From the NCBI RefSeq assembly GCF_004010195.1, contig NC_057719.1, forward strand, positions 68,444,567 to 68,508,566: a stretch of 64,000 bases of DNA. Reading direction: 5' to 3'. This DNA is from Chiloscyllium plagiosum (lineage: Eukaryota). Both the position numbers and the translations under genes were made by a program. Positions 1-12,160 of the stretch are shown here, piece by piece. The notes under the pieces were generated by a model. That model was not told where the DNA came from and searched no databases. It saw nothing but the letters and a program-made list of their open reading frames with translations. Every line of letters begins with the position of its first letter. Positions within the stretch are counted from its first letter, which is position 1.

Positions 1-2283
1 AAATTGGCAACTGACCTTTGTCAGCATAATCAATCCCTGAACACATTCACAGACTTGCTTACCACAGACAATGTAATCACTGTTCTTCACTGTCAACATA
101 GTTTCACAAATTCAGTCCATAAATTTCCCAGAATTGTTATCATGGATCACCGTAAACCACATAGGAATAACTTTTTAAAGTTTCAGCACCAGAAAGCTTC
201 CAGCAGCTTTGCGATAGAACTGTCGAGGTTTGCGAAACATAGCTGTAAAAAACAATTCTGTCTTGGAAAGTAGACTAATTCCAGTACAATTACAATATTT
301 CAATGAAGTGTACAGTTTGACCTCTTGAGGATTATTGAACTTCGTCAGTTGAAATAAATAACTGTAGCTCACGTCGTGCTCCTTGTAGTCAAGTCAGAAT
401 AAATGCATATGTGACCCAAGTGTAAAATTCCACAGTGTCAGTCAGTTCACTTTCATCATCAAAGCAGTCCTGATCCAAGCATAATCTTGATTCAAACACA
501 ACGTTTCTTAGCAAACGAGTCGAATATTCCCTGAGATTCAACTGTATTTTCGAATGCAACACGACCAGGCCTCAGGCACCTGGCACCACTCCTTATATCA
601 TAATTCTAATTTAATTCTTGTAACCATGTGGCACAGAAATGTTCCAGGAATCCTTAAATGTTAATGGATGAACTATTTCTCCATTTAAATTTGTAAATGA
701 TACCTCAAAACTGGTTCGTTGAATCCTTGGAGCAATAAAGTTTTCTTTACTAGAGTGTGCCGTTGATAACCTCATTTGGAGTATGGGCTGTAGGCCAGTA
801 CAAATTTGAGATGGTAATCTTATTTACATTATTACGCTAATTAAACTAGGTAACATGTTAAAACAGCTTGCCTATAATCATGTAATGCTGCACAATTTTG
901 CCTCCAAATGTCCCAGTACCATTCAAAAAGGACAAAGGAAAGGTTGTGTAAAAATACCCCTCAATTTTATTTGCAGCCTATTAACAACTGTTACTGGAGG
1001 TTTAATTATACCCCCGTGATCTGGAGATACAGCAGATTTCTGTCATTTTCTCCTTGGGGAATGGTTCCTAGTTACTAGCATCCATTATCCCTGCCTGTAA
1101 GCTGATGCTTTTTTATTACCAGCGCAATAATCACTGCATCTTTGGGAACATCTGTTCTATGTGCTATGCACAGAGATCCCAGTGCCTGTCAGCTACTGGC
1201 TTTATATGATGACCCTTGTGCCCTCTTGCTCAGTTTACAGCTAATTTGTTTAGGAGAATTCTGCAGATTTGCCTACACAATATCACTGCCGGAGAGCAAT
1301 TAATAGTTCAAAATTTACAAACAAATTCAGCTTTTCTCTCAACTTCAACACTCACTTTGCTATGGTTGACTTCACTGAGTCGCACTACAACAAATATTCA
1401 CAGCAGATGGATCTGTAAACCAGTTAAAAATCTTCTTTGGTTTGCCTTCCGGCATCGACTGGTATTCACAGCCACCATTGACAAAAATGACATGCATAAA
1501 ATCGGAGGGCATTATAGATTTGTTTCTCATATTTGAAAAAGATGTTGATAATAAATATTAGCAACAAAATCAACACCTGATGAACAATAAGTCACACTAT
1601 TTTAGCTACTGTCAAATTGGTTGCACTATGAATTAAACGATTACCACAACTTTTCCAACAAAAAGTCAATCACTGAAATAAGACCTTCAAGTAAATGAGA
1701 TGTGAAATCTTGCTTTATGACAAATTTCTTGTCATTCCACTGTTCACTCAGTATTTTGTCACTGGTGACATTATTGAGCAAGGATTATAGTTGATTATAG
1801 TTTGTTACATAGATGTATAATCACGTAAGATTGTATGTATATTTATGATGTAAACATGTTAATATGAAATTTAGAATAGTATGGACTTAGCACTGAAGGT
1901 CATTTATAGTTTTTCATCAATGTTATGGCATAAAATATATATTGGATCATTATACTGTGTGTGAACAAAATGAATCACACAATAAATTAATGTAATAACA
2001 TTAGTTGTTTCAGCTTACCTATATACTTGTAAATCATGTGATCTGGTCAAAACTGCATTGATTACTGAATGGAGTGTGAAAACAGTCTGCAAGCCTCACT
2101 GTTTCTGAATCTAAGCTAATCTTCACAGCAGTTTCATTGCAGAAACTAATACAATTATAAATAACCTTTCAAAAATGTAATAACTCAATTGCACTATCTG
2201 AAGGTTTATGACTTCAGCTATAAAATCCAGTAATTATCGTAACCTATATTAAACATTTACATAAAAGATTGCCTCAGAACGTA

Positions 2284-2515
2284 TCATAGAACATAGAACA
2301 TTACAGTGTGGTACAGGCCCTTCAGCCCTCAATGTTGCGCTGACCTGTGGAACCAGTCTGAAGCCATCTAACCTACACTATTCCATTTTCATCCATATGT
2401 TTATCCAGTGACCATTTAAATGCTCTTAAACTTGACGAGTCTACTACTGTTGCCGGCAGTGCATTCCACGCCTGTCTTACTCTCTGAGTAACGGAACTAC
2501 CTCTGACATCTGTAT
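2284..2515 (-). mobile_element. CR1 LINE 3' end fragment
   Basis: (CATAGAA)n microsatellite tail followed by a CR1-type 3' UTR and ORF2 end on the minus strand. Confidence 0.8.
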
Positions 2516-3285
2516 CGTTTATTAATACTATTTGTGGAAGGTTTATTACTCATATATATATTTAAATGACACATTATACATTGTGGATTATATATTGTGA
2601 TTGTTATATGAAAGATGACCAAAAATGCAAAACATGGTGCAACATTGATGTAAGACGACAGAAGTTTCATTTCCTTATAATTCTGTCAATCATCATTCTT
2701 ACTAAATGTCAGTCAGAAGAAGAATACATGTTAAGGAACACTTATAGTTTAAAGATTTTCCTTCAGGGATTATTAAACCAAAACAATTGCAGTGAATATA
2801 TTCAGAATCCCTTGCTCGCTAAAAATGATTAAGCAGACTAAGAGAAGAATGTGGACCAAGACATTAATCTTATGTAGCCAGAATGTGGGCATATAGCGGC
2901 AATTCCCAAACCAATAGAGCTGGATCAGTAATTTGGAGTCATTCTCACTAAGTCCTATTAAAATTTATTTTTAACTTTGCTTCATATTATGGTCAGCTAT
3001 GATCAATGATCAAGAAAAGAATGATTGATAAAGGAGTTATCTAGTCGTTTGCCACTTAATCCAGGAAGCATTTAGCTTAGTAATTCTGCAGGCATTTACA
3101 GCCAATATTATCATTTAAATATAAATGTGGTGTACTAGATTTTACAAGTTGATACTTGAATTGTTTTTGAAAACAACCTTCATAGCTAAATCATAATGTT
3201 CCATTAAACTGATCAACAATTACAAATGAGTTAAAGGACAAGATAAAAGCATAAAAATGGAAAAAGTCATTTCTTCACAATCATT

Positions 3286-3934
3286 GGGTTGGATTTTCTC
3301 TCAGGCTTTGCGACCCCAATGTCAAGATAAAATGAGAGTCTCAAATCTGCATTGTTGACGGCAAGACTGGCTGCACAATTTGGCCAACTCCACACTTGCC
3401 ATTCTATTGAGGGTGGCAGATGGGCTTCCAATGCTGCCAGCCCAGTAATTGGCAACTTGAGGGCCTTGGCAGATCTGCATGTAAAGGTGGGACCTGCTGA
3501 GATATGTTGGAGACCGCAAGGACATGACAACATAGAGGCACCCTCAGAGAAATGGGTTCAATTCAACCACTAATAGAATCAAAGCCATTATGCTCCCCAG
3601 TGAAAGAGGAAATCCCTCCAGAAGCATCATTTTATGTGTGGGTGAGGACCTTTCTGTCTGTGTTTTTCACTGGGCAATGGAGCCTCTAGTACCCCTGGGC
3701 CCATCACCTGCCTCTATTGAGCTGGTATTCTCCATATGTGGTGGGGAGAATGCTCGGGACATGTTTAGTTAATTGGCTTCCCATATCATGGAGGTAGGCA
3801 ATCTGGTTCCTTGGGAAACTTCCTTAACAACAGGAAATCACCAAGCATTTGTCCAACGCAACCTTCCCAATTTCCCATTTCTTTCTTCCCTCATCCTGCC
3901 TCCAAGCCAGCCTGGTGCTTGTAAAATTCAGCCC
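3286..3934. mobile_element. Non-autonomous DNA transposon/MITE, possibly Harbinger-like
   Basis: Imperfect TIRs GGGTTGGATTTTC (3286) and GTAAAATTCAGCCC (3921-3934) bound a GC-richer non-coding interior; no clean TSD. Confidence 0.5.
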
Positions 3935-5104
3935 TTTGAATCTATTGCTTCTAACAGAACAAGGGATGTCTACACAGGGGCCAGACTCACTGAGCTTCGA
4001 TTCATGAAGTGTTCATTTTTATCATTAATTGGGATTCTGAGCTTTTTACCAGGACTTTGCAGATTGTGTTTTTCACTGTCTTTTCAAACTATTCCTTGTT
4101 GAAATAATTTGAATTCCATTGTTTTAAAATTAGATGGAATTCTTTCGAGCCAATGTGTTGAGGCTCACTTTTCATGATTCCACAACTTTTCATGATCCCA
4201 CAGCCTCAAAAAAATCTATTCCTCCCCAATTTAATTCATCGCTTGGAAAAGATGACATTTGTACATTAAAAGTTCCATGAAGAGATGGTGGTGTCAGATG
4301 TCCAGGTTGGAGCTCTGGAGGAGTAACCATCAAGCTGCAGTCCTTCAGCATCTGTTCTGTCAGGCAATATTTCCATCTGATGGTTGGGAGAATGGGAAAC
4401 TGCATAATAATGAGGTGAGATTAAATAGAGAGATGTTAATATACGCAAATAGGCCTCTCGTCACTGTTCAACATCTCCCAGTTCAATATTTGGTTAGGTA
4501 TTGGGACCTTTTGCTTTTCATGTTGAGAAGCTCCTGGCTTGTGGTTTTCCCAACTTTCTTTCTGATGTCCACATCATGGGAAGATTTTGCCCTTAGTATC
4601 TTCAATCCTTGATCAAACAATTATCAATCCAGCTCCTTTTCTTAATGCAATTAAGTAACTGAAATTCTAACTGCAGGTTTCTTATCATCACATTTTTAAA
4701 ATATGGTAGCTGTTGTAGTTCTGGTGATGGCATGCATAACTTGATGAGATGGTTGGACAGCCAGCATTCCAAAAGTCAAGGAGATTTATTTATTCTATGA
4801 TCTTGGATCATGGACAACACTTTTCTTGAAGGTTGTTTTTCTTTGAAGTCCTTTTTTTGGAAGGCATTTGGTGCTAAAGTGAATGATAACATAACAATTA
4901 ACAGTTCTTTGTACAGAATAAGCAGCACGCTGAATACAGTGAGTACATAAACCTTTTTAGAAAGTGAACTATTTTCAGAGAAGAATATGTTTCTTTTTGA
5001 CATTTACAAATTTCTATTTACAATGATCATTTACTATTTCTTCGCTAGCTTCATGAAAAATGGCATTATGCCCTTAAACTTGTCTTGGTTTTCATCAAGC
5101 TTCT

Positions 5105-5950
5105 GTATAGGAGCAGGATCAAACTATTTGGTCTGGCGAGTTTCCTCAGTCATTCAACATGGTCATGGCTGATCTCCAGCTTCAACTCTACTTTACTGGT
5201 TGTTCCCCATATCCTTGAACACTGGAGAGACTAAAGATTTGTTAATCTCATTCTTAAATATATCCAGTGAAGGATCATTCATAACTCTTAAAAATAGACA
5301 ATGCCACTGATTTGCAACTCTCTGAACAGAGAATTTTCTCATCATCTCAGTCCTAAATGAACAGCTGCTTACACTGAGATAGTGCCCAATGTTCCAAATT
5401 CTTAGCCACGTGAAACAACTCCTGTGTCTATTCTGCCAATCTTATATGAGGTCACTGCTCATTCTTCTGAATCTCCAAGATTATATACTTAATTTAATCA
5501 GCCTGTTATCATAGGACAGCCCTCTTGTCCCAGAGACAAATCTAAATACAGACTGATGAACCTACTAAACAGGAGCATATGTAAACCATTCACCATCTCG
5601 CACTTGCTCCACAATTCAATAAGACCGTGGCTCGTGTTTTGAATTCCTTATTCCAATTTACCCCCGATAATCCTTGACTTTTCAGCCTAACAAGAATCTA
5701 TCCACCATTCTCTGAAAAATATTCAATGACTGCACCTTCAGAGTTCCAACAGTGCACGACCCTCTCAGAGAAAAGAAAATTCTCCTCACCTCTGTCCTGA
5801 ATGGGTGACTCCTAATTTTAAATCTATACTCTCTGGGTCTGGACTAAACCATGAAAGGAAACATTCTTTCCGTGTCCATTAAGGCCATTCAGGACCTTAC
5901 ACAGCAATCAAATACACACATCATCCCTTACTCTTCTATATTCTTTTGGA
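5105..5950 (-). mobile_element. Two old CR1 3' end fragments
   Basis: Degenerate CR1 3' UTR and ORF2 C-terminal sequence starting near 5107 and again near 5570. Confidence 0.65.
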
Positions 5951-5989
5951 AACAAGCTCAAACTGTCCATTCGCTGCCTTTCCTTATAT

Positions 5990-7360
5990 TTTGTTCAATT
6001 ATCTGACCTATCATTCATCTTTGCAATTATATGCTTTTTTCTTAAATTTGACAGATTCCGTAACTCCTTCAGTGTACCCCTTATGGTGGGTTCTTTGTTT
6101 AGAGTTTTTTTTTAATATTCAGAATGCATTTATTTTAAATATTCTGAAATATTCCCTTAAGTGTTTGCCAGTACATCTCAATTGATCTATCCCCTAGCCT
6201 AGTATACCAGTTCACTTCAATTAGCTTAGCTTTCATGCCCATGTAACTGCCCTTGTCTAGGTTTAAAATACTAGTCTTAAACACAGTCTACTCCCTTTCA
6301 AACTGGATGTATAATACAATTATATTTGATCACTGTTACCTAGGAATGCCTTTACTCTGAGCTCATTACCAAATCCTGTCACATTAACAATACCAACTCT
6401 ATATAAACAGCTCTCTGGTCATTTCTGAATGTGCTGCTCCAGGAAAATACCTCACAAGTATTCTACGAACTCCTTATCCAAGCCACTGACAATCTCATTT
6501 TTCCAGTTTATATGCACATTAAAATCGCCCATGATTATTACCGTCGCTTCATCATAAGCACTCAATATTTATTCTTGTATATTTTGTTCCACACTGTAAT
6601 TACTGTTACAACATTTGTAGACCATTCCCACTTGTGATTTCTTTGCCCTACTGTTCCATGTCTCTACTCAAGCCACTACTATATCCTGATCTCCCAAAAC
6701 AAGGTTGTTATTTCTAACTATTGCACAAATGCCATCCTTGATGGGCAGTGCTATCCTTCCACCTTTACCTAGCTTCCTTATTTTCTTAAATGTCAATAAC
6801 TCTCAATATTCAGTATGTGATCCCTGTCATGTCTTTGTAATGGCTATCGGGTCTTATTTATTTCACTTTAATGTGCGCCATCAATTTTTGTACTTTGTTA
6901 TGAAGGTTATGCGCATTCAGCTAAAGAGTTTTTAGTTTTTTTTGTTATTTCTGTAATACTTGATCTTAAATATATTCCTTGGTGTTTTTACTCTGCTCCT
7001 TCCAGCCATTCTCTTACCTTCATTTCCTATATTAATATTTTCTTCGGTATCATGTTCTTAATTTTTGTTATACCACTTATTTCCATATTTGATAGCCCAC
7101 TATTTAGTTTGAAACCATCACTATTTCCCTAGTTAATGATTGGCAAAGCATCCAACCCCAGCATATTTCAGGTATAGCCCCTCTTTCCCCAGTACTGGTG
7201 CCAGTGGCCCATGAACCTGGGATTCAGTTTTCCCACACCAACCTTTGAGTTAGGTATTCATCTGTCTAACTTTATATACTCTATGGCAATTTATACATGG
7301 TTCAGGGAGCCATCCAGAGATTGTAACTTTGAGATTCTAATTTTTGAATTAGAACCTGCC
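5990..7360 (-). mobile_element. Old CR1 fragment: ORF1 esterase end and ORF2 APE endonuclease
   Basis: Minus-strand remnants IIMGDFNVHINW (~6500-6540), LNAHNLHNK..IAITKT (~6825-6920), FMGHWHQYWGK (~7180-7220). Confidence 0.75.
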
Positions 7361-7364
7361 TCTT

Positions 7365-7705
7365 CTTTTATTCATTCATGAAATGAGGACGTCAGCAACT
7401 AGGCCAGCATTCATTGCCCATCCCTAATTGTCCCAAGGGCAGTTAAGAGTCACCCACATTGTTGTGGATCTGGAGTCACATGTAGGCCAGACCAGGTAAG
7501 GATGGCAGTTTCCTTCCCCAAAAGTTTTTTTTTCTGATAGTCAACAATGGATTCATAGTCATCATTGGACCCTTAATTCCAGATTTTCTTTTAATTGAAT
7601 TCACATTCCATCATCTGCCATGACAGGATTTGAACCTAAGTCTCCAGAATATTAGCTGACTCCCTCAAATAACAAGCCAGCAATAATTCCATTAGGCTGT
7701 CACCA
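7365..7705 (-). mobile_element. tRNA-derived SINE (family B here, CR1/L2-type 3' tail)
   Basis: Matches copies at 25430, 31040, 35490 and 59756; B box GGTTCAAATCC on minus strand; tail GGGCAATGAATGCTGGCCTAG. Confidence 0.8.
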
Positions 7706-8936
7706 CCTCCTCATATTCTCAATACAGAGCCTCTGTATGGAGAATATGGCATGAGATAAGGAACACAGTTATCTGGACTATTGCTCTTTGCTGCAAAAAA
7801 TGGTGTCAATCAACATCATCATATACTCACCTACTGCCATTACATTCTTTATTGCTCCACCCACTTGAATAGCTTCTACACCATGGAACTGTGGTCAATT
7901 AGCACATCCACCCTGCAGAACCATTTTCCTCCAAACAGGCTGAGAGATTTTAAAACCTATTGGACCATTGCAGAAGCTGACATTCCTGCATTCCTGATCT
8001 CTGGGTCCCAGTAGCTGCCTTGCGCACAGTCGCACTGTCCTAAATCAGAAGAACCTATCCCAAATAGTGTGACTGCTCCTGTACAAAGAATCTAGGTAAC
8101 ATTTAACCTCCCCGAGACATTGCAATGTTGTACTTCAGCCTTAAGGTAATAGATTCATGAGCCAAAACTGCTTGAACAAATAATTGGCGTGATCCAGGGC
8201 AAACATATCTACGGTATTCAAGGGCTCCCAAATACTGCAGCCTTGACATATCATCTGAACTCACATCCATAATGAGATTTTATAAATTACTTGTATTATT
8301 CACTTACTTATTCTGACTTTTACATATTTTATTAACTTAACAATAAAAAAGACCTTAACCACTTATCAGTGACTGACCAAAGAATCTTTCTCTTTTATAG
8401 AGAAAACCAATTCCAATCAGCTCCAATGAATCCAACTCTTTCTCCAACTGCTTGTCAAGGTGCCCTTTTCTTGCCTGCTTCTCTTGGTGATGCTGACTGC
8501 CAGTCAAGGAGTTCTCATCACCTCTACCCCTCTCCTCAATCTAATGAACCCCTGAAGTGCCACCTCCATGGAGTATATTCTTACTCAGATATAACCTGAA
8601 CTAGTCACAGTATTCCACGTATCATCTCACTAAAGTCCTGCACAATTGTCATAGGATTTTCTTATTTTGGTTTTCCTTTCTCTTGCAATAAAGGCTCACA
8701 AGGCCATTTGCCTTCCCAAGTTTCTCTGAATGTCAATATTTGGGGGTTTCCCAACTTCATTTTAACGATCTGTTTTTCTATTTTTGCTACCAAATGAATG
8801 AACTCCAAGTTCCCAGTATTATTATTCCAGCTGCCATCTTGTTAAGCATTCACCTGAATCAATCTGTTCATCTTTGCATGCTCTTTGTGTCCCCCTCACA
8901 ACTTACTTTCCCAGCTTCTGTTCCATTATCAACAAA

Positions 8937-9545
8937 AAAGAACAAAGAACAAAGTAAATTACAGTACGGGAACAGATCCTTCGGCCCGTCAAGCCTGCGC
9001 TGATCCAGATCCTCTTTCTAAACTTGTCACCTATTTTCTTAGTGTCTGTATCCTTTTGCTCCCTGTCCATTCATGTATCTGTCTAGATACCCCTTAAATG
9101 ATGCTATCATGCCCACATCTACCACCTCTGCTAGCAACGCATTCCGGGAACCCATCACCCAATGTGTAAAGAACTTTCCACGCTTATCTCCCTTAAACTT
9201 TTCCCCTCTCCCCTTGAACTCGTGACCCCTAGTAATTGAATCCCCCACTATGGGAAAGCATTTCTTGCTATCCATCCTGTGTACACCTCTCATGATTTTG
9301 TATACCTCAAAATCAGGTCCCCCCTCAACCTCCGTCTCATGAAAATAATCCTAATCTACTCAACTTCTCTTCATAGCTAGTGCTGTCCATACCAGGCAAC
9401 CTCCTGGTGAACCCACTCCGCACCCCCTCCAAAGCATCCATATCCTTTTGGTAATGTGGCGACCAGAATGTATGCAGTATTTCCAAATGTAGCCGAACCA
9501 AAGTCCTATACAACTGTAACATGACCTGCCAACTCTTGCACTCAA
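8937..9545 (-). mobile_element. CR1 LINE 3' fragment
   Basis: ORF pieces QLYRTLVRLHLE..FWSPHYQKD and RGHEFK..FFT; (AAGAACA)n tail. Confidence 0.9.
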
Positions 9546-9706
9546 TTATCATCAACATTCGATTCATTACTGTCAGTCTCTTCAAAGCTATTCATGTATA
9601 TTGTAAACGAGTGGGAGTCAAACATTGATGGTTGTAGCACCACTGCTCAACACAGTCTGCCAACTTGAAAATGGCCAACTTACTGTGACTCTGCTTTCTG
9701 TTAACT

Positions 9707-9938
9707 GAGAGAGAAAGTGAGGGCTGCAGATGCTGGAGATCAGAGCTGAAAATGTGTTGCTGGAAAAGCGCAGCAGGTCAGGCAGCATCCAAGGAACAGG
9801 AGAATCGGTGTTTCGGGCATAAGCCCTTCTTCAGGAAAGCCCTTCCTGAAGAAGGGCTTATGCCCGAAACGTCGATTCTCCTGTTCCTTGGATGCTGCCT
9901 GACCTGCTGCGCTTTTCCAGTAACACATTTTCAGCTCA
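9707..9938 (-). mobile_element. Penelope-like mini-element: inverted pseudo-LTR hairpin plus unpaired 3' tail (family A)
   Basis: 95-bp inverted arms 9743-9837 and 9843-9937; ~35-bp unpaired tail 9707-9742; 12-bp TSD TTTCTGTTAACT (9695-9706, 9939-9950); homologous to the 3' end of the GIY-YIG element at 31185-31877. Confidence 0.85.
9843..9877 (+). ncRNA. Minimal type I hammerhead ribozyme motif
   Basis: CTGAAGA-A-GGGC(TTAT)GCCC-GAAAC-GTC at 9846-9873: both core boxes, helix II and a palindromic ACGT helix III. Confidence 0.7.
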
Positions 9939-10724
9939 TTTCTGTTAACTAATCCATGATAACATATTTAAAAAGCTCTATGAGTCTTTATTTTGCATTA
10001 GTAATCTTCTGTGTGACACATTATTGATTGGCCTTTTGAAAATTGATATATCTATTGGCTCCCCATTATCTATATGATTTCTCTTTTGCAAAGCCAGCTT
10101 GACTTTGTCTGATCATGCTACAATCTTCTGGGTGCATTATTAACTCTTCTTTACAAATAAATTCCAGTAGTTTGCTGAAAATTGATATCAGTGGCTGTTC
10201 CATTGCGTGTTGTAGCACTCCTTCCTTCTTTGAGCAGCAGTGTTACATACGTTAACTTCCAGTTCACATGGAACCATTCTAGAATCTAAGGTATTTCGAA
10301 AATTAAATCAATGCATCCACTATCTCTAAATTTACATCTTTTAGAACCTTAGGGTATATTGGGCCCTGAGTACTTGTCAGCTTTAGTGCCTTAAGTTTCT
10401 CTAGTGTATTTTCTCTACTTACATTAAATGATTTAGCTATCTCACTTTAATAGCCCAATGTAATTCTTTAATTTCTGGTATGTAATTTGTATCTTATAGA
10501 GCCATACAGCACAGAAACAGACCCTTTGGAACGACCAATCCATGCAGAACACAATCCCAAACGAAGCTAGTCTCACCTGCCACCATCATTCCCCCCACCT
10601 GGGAGCTGGGGTGGGAGGATGAGTAAAGAAGGGAACTGAGTTTCTCTCTCCTGAACCAACAATTTTGAGGCTTCCTCTGTGACTGTAATAACTTGCAGCA
10701 CCTTGCCTGGTTCTTGTAGAAAAT

Positions 10725-12160
10725 TACCATCACAATGATACAGCACATTCGGCCCATCTCATTCATGTCAACCCAAAGACACCCAGATAGCCTTTCTAAT
10801 CCCATCTTCCTGCACATGCCCCATAGCCCTACAGCTTACAGCAATTTACAGTGCGGATCCAGGTATCTTTTAAAAAGAGTTTACTGCCTCTGCCTCCACC
10901 ACCACCCTCTGCTTTAAAAAAAGACTTCCTCACATTCCTTCTAATCCTTTTGCCACTTCACTTGAATCTATTTCTCCTGATTTTTGAACTGTCTGCCAAG
11001 GTTTCTCCCTACCCCTTACAATTTTGTATACCTCAATCATGTCACCCCTTAGCCTTCTCTGTCCCAAGGAAAATACCCCCAACCTCTCCAATCTTTCCTT
11101 GTAGCTATAGTTCTGCAGCCCTAACAACATTCTAGTAAATCTTCTCTGCACTCTCTCCAGAGAATTACATCCTTCCTATAATGTGGTGACCAGAATTGCA
11201 CACAATACCCCAGTTTTGGCCCCACCAGTGTCATGTACACTTTCATCATTATATCCCTACTTTGGTATTCTATACCTCTGCGAATGAAGGAGAGAATTCT
11301 ATATGTCTTCTTTAGAATCTCACCTACCTGTACTGCTACCTTTAGGAACCTGTTGCACACCAAGCTCTCGCACTTCATCTACACTCCTCAGTATATTCCC
11401 ATTTATTATGTATTCCCTTCTAATCGTTGGCTTCCCTAACTGCATTACATCATGCTTTTTCAGAGTTGAACTCTATCTGCCACTTTCCTGCTACTCCACC
11501 AACTCAATATCGTTTTGGAGCTTACAGCTGTCTATATAATTTGGGAGCTTAGACTACACTGCACTACTCTCTGCACTGCTCTCTGCATGGCCAATTTTTG
11601 TACCATCTGAAAATTTCCCAACTAGGCCTTCTGCATTCAAGCCTAAATCATTAATCTGTAACTGAGCCATGTGGAACATCACTTAAAACAGCTTTTCATT
11701 CTCAAGGGCAGCCATCAACCATGATCCTTTGTTTCCTATTACTAAGCCAACTTTAATCCAATTAAACTCATTACACTGTATCCTATAGACTTTTATGTTT
11801 TTGACCAGTCTGCCATGTGGAACCTTATCAAATGTCTTACTAAATTCCATGTAGACCGCATCCGCTACATTACCCTTATTGATCCTTGTTGTCAGCTCCT
11901 GAAAGAATTCAATCAAATTCAGGAGGCATGACCTTCCCTTAACAAAGCCATGCCAACAATCCCTGACTAGTCCATGCCTTCCGAAGTGACAGTTTATCTG
12001 AACTCTCAGGATTGATTTTAATAATTTGTCCACTACCAAAGTAAGACAAACTGGCTGATAATTGTTTGGCATTTCTTTTGTACCTTTTTTAAACAACGGA
12101 ATCACATTTGCATTGCTTCAGTCCTCTGGCACCTCACCTGTGTCTAATGAAGATTGGGTG
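10725..12160 (-). mobile_element. CR1 LINE ORF2 (RT to 3' end), decayed
   Basis: IPLFKKG..NYQPVCLT..HGFVKGRSCLLNLIEFF..FSKTFDKVPH; LGYCVQFWSPHYRKD; RLRGDMIEVYKI. Confidence 0.92.

Larger units (their letters stand above)
8595..10490 (-). mobile_element. Old CR1 ORF2 remnant interrupted by a younger CR1 and a PLE hairpin
   Basis: Degenerate RT-region sequence resumes on both sides of the inserts at 8937-9545 and 9707-9938. Confidence 0.6.

Noticed and set aside
9743-9937. Hairpin as a miRNA precursor or classical MITE
   Set aside because: The asymmetric tail, variable-length TSDs and homology to the PLE 3' end fit retrotransposition, not a DNA transposon or canonical miRNA
9740-9952. Near-identical 62-66 aa ORFs on both strands (WKSAAGQAASKEQE), recurring at 59442 and 62926
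   Set aside because: A consequence of the DNA palindrome and repeat homology; no evidence for a peptide gene
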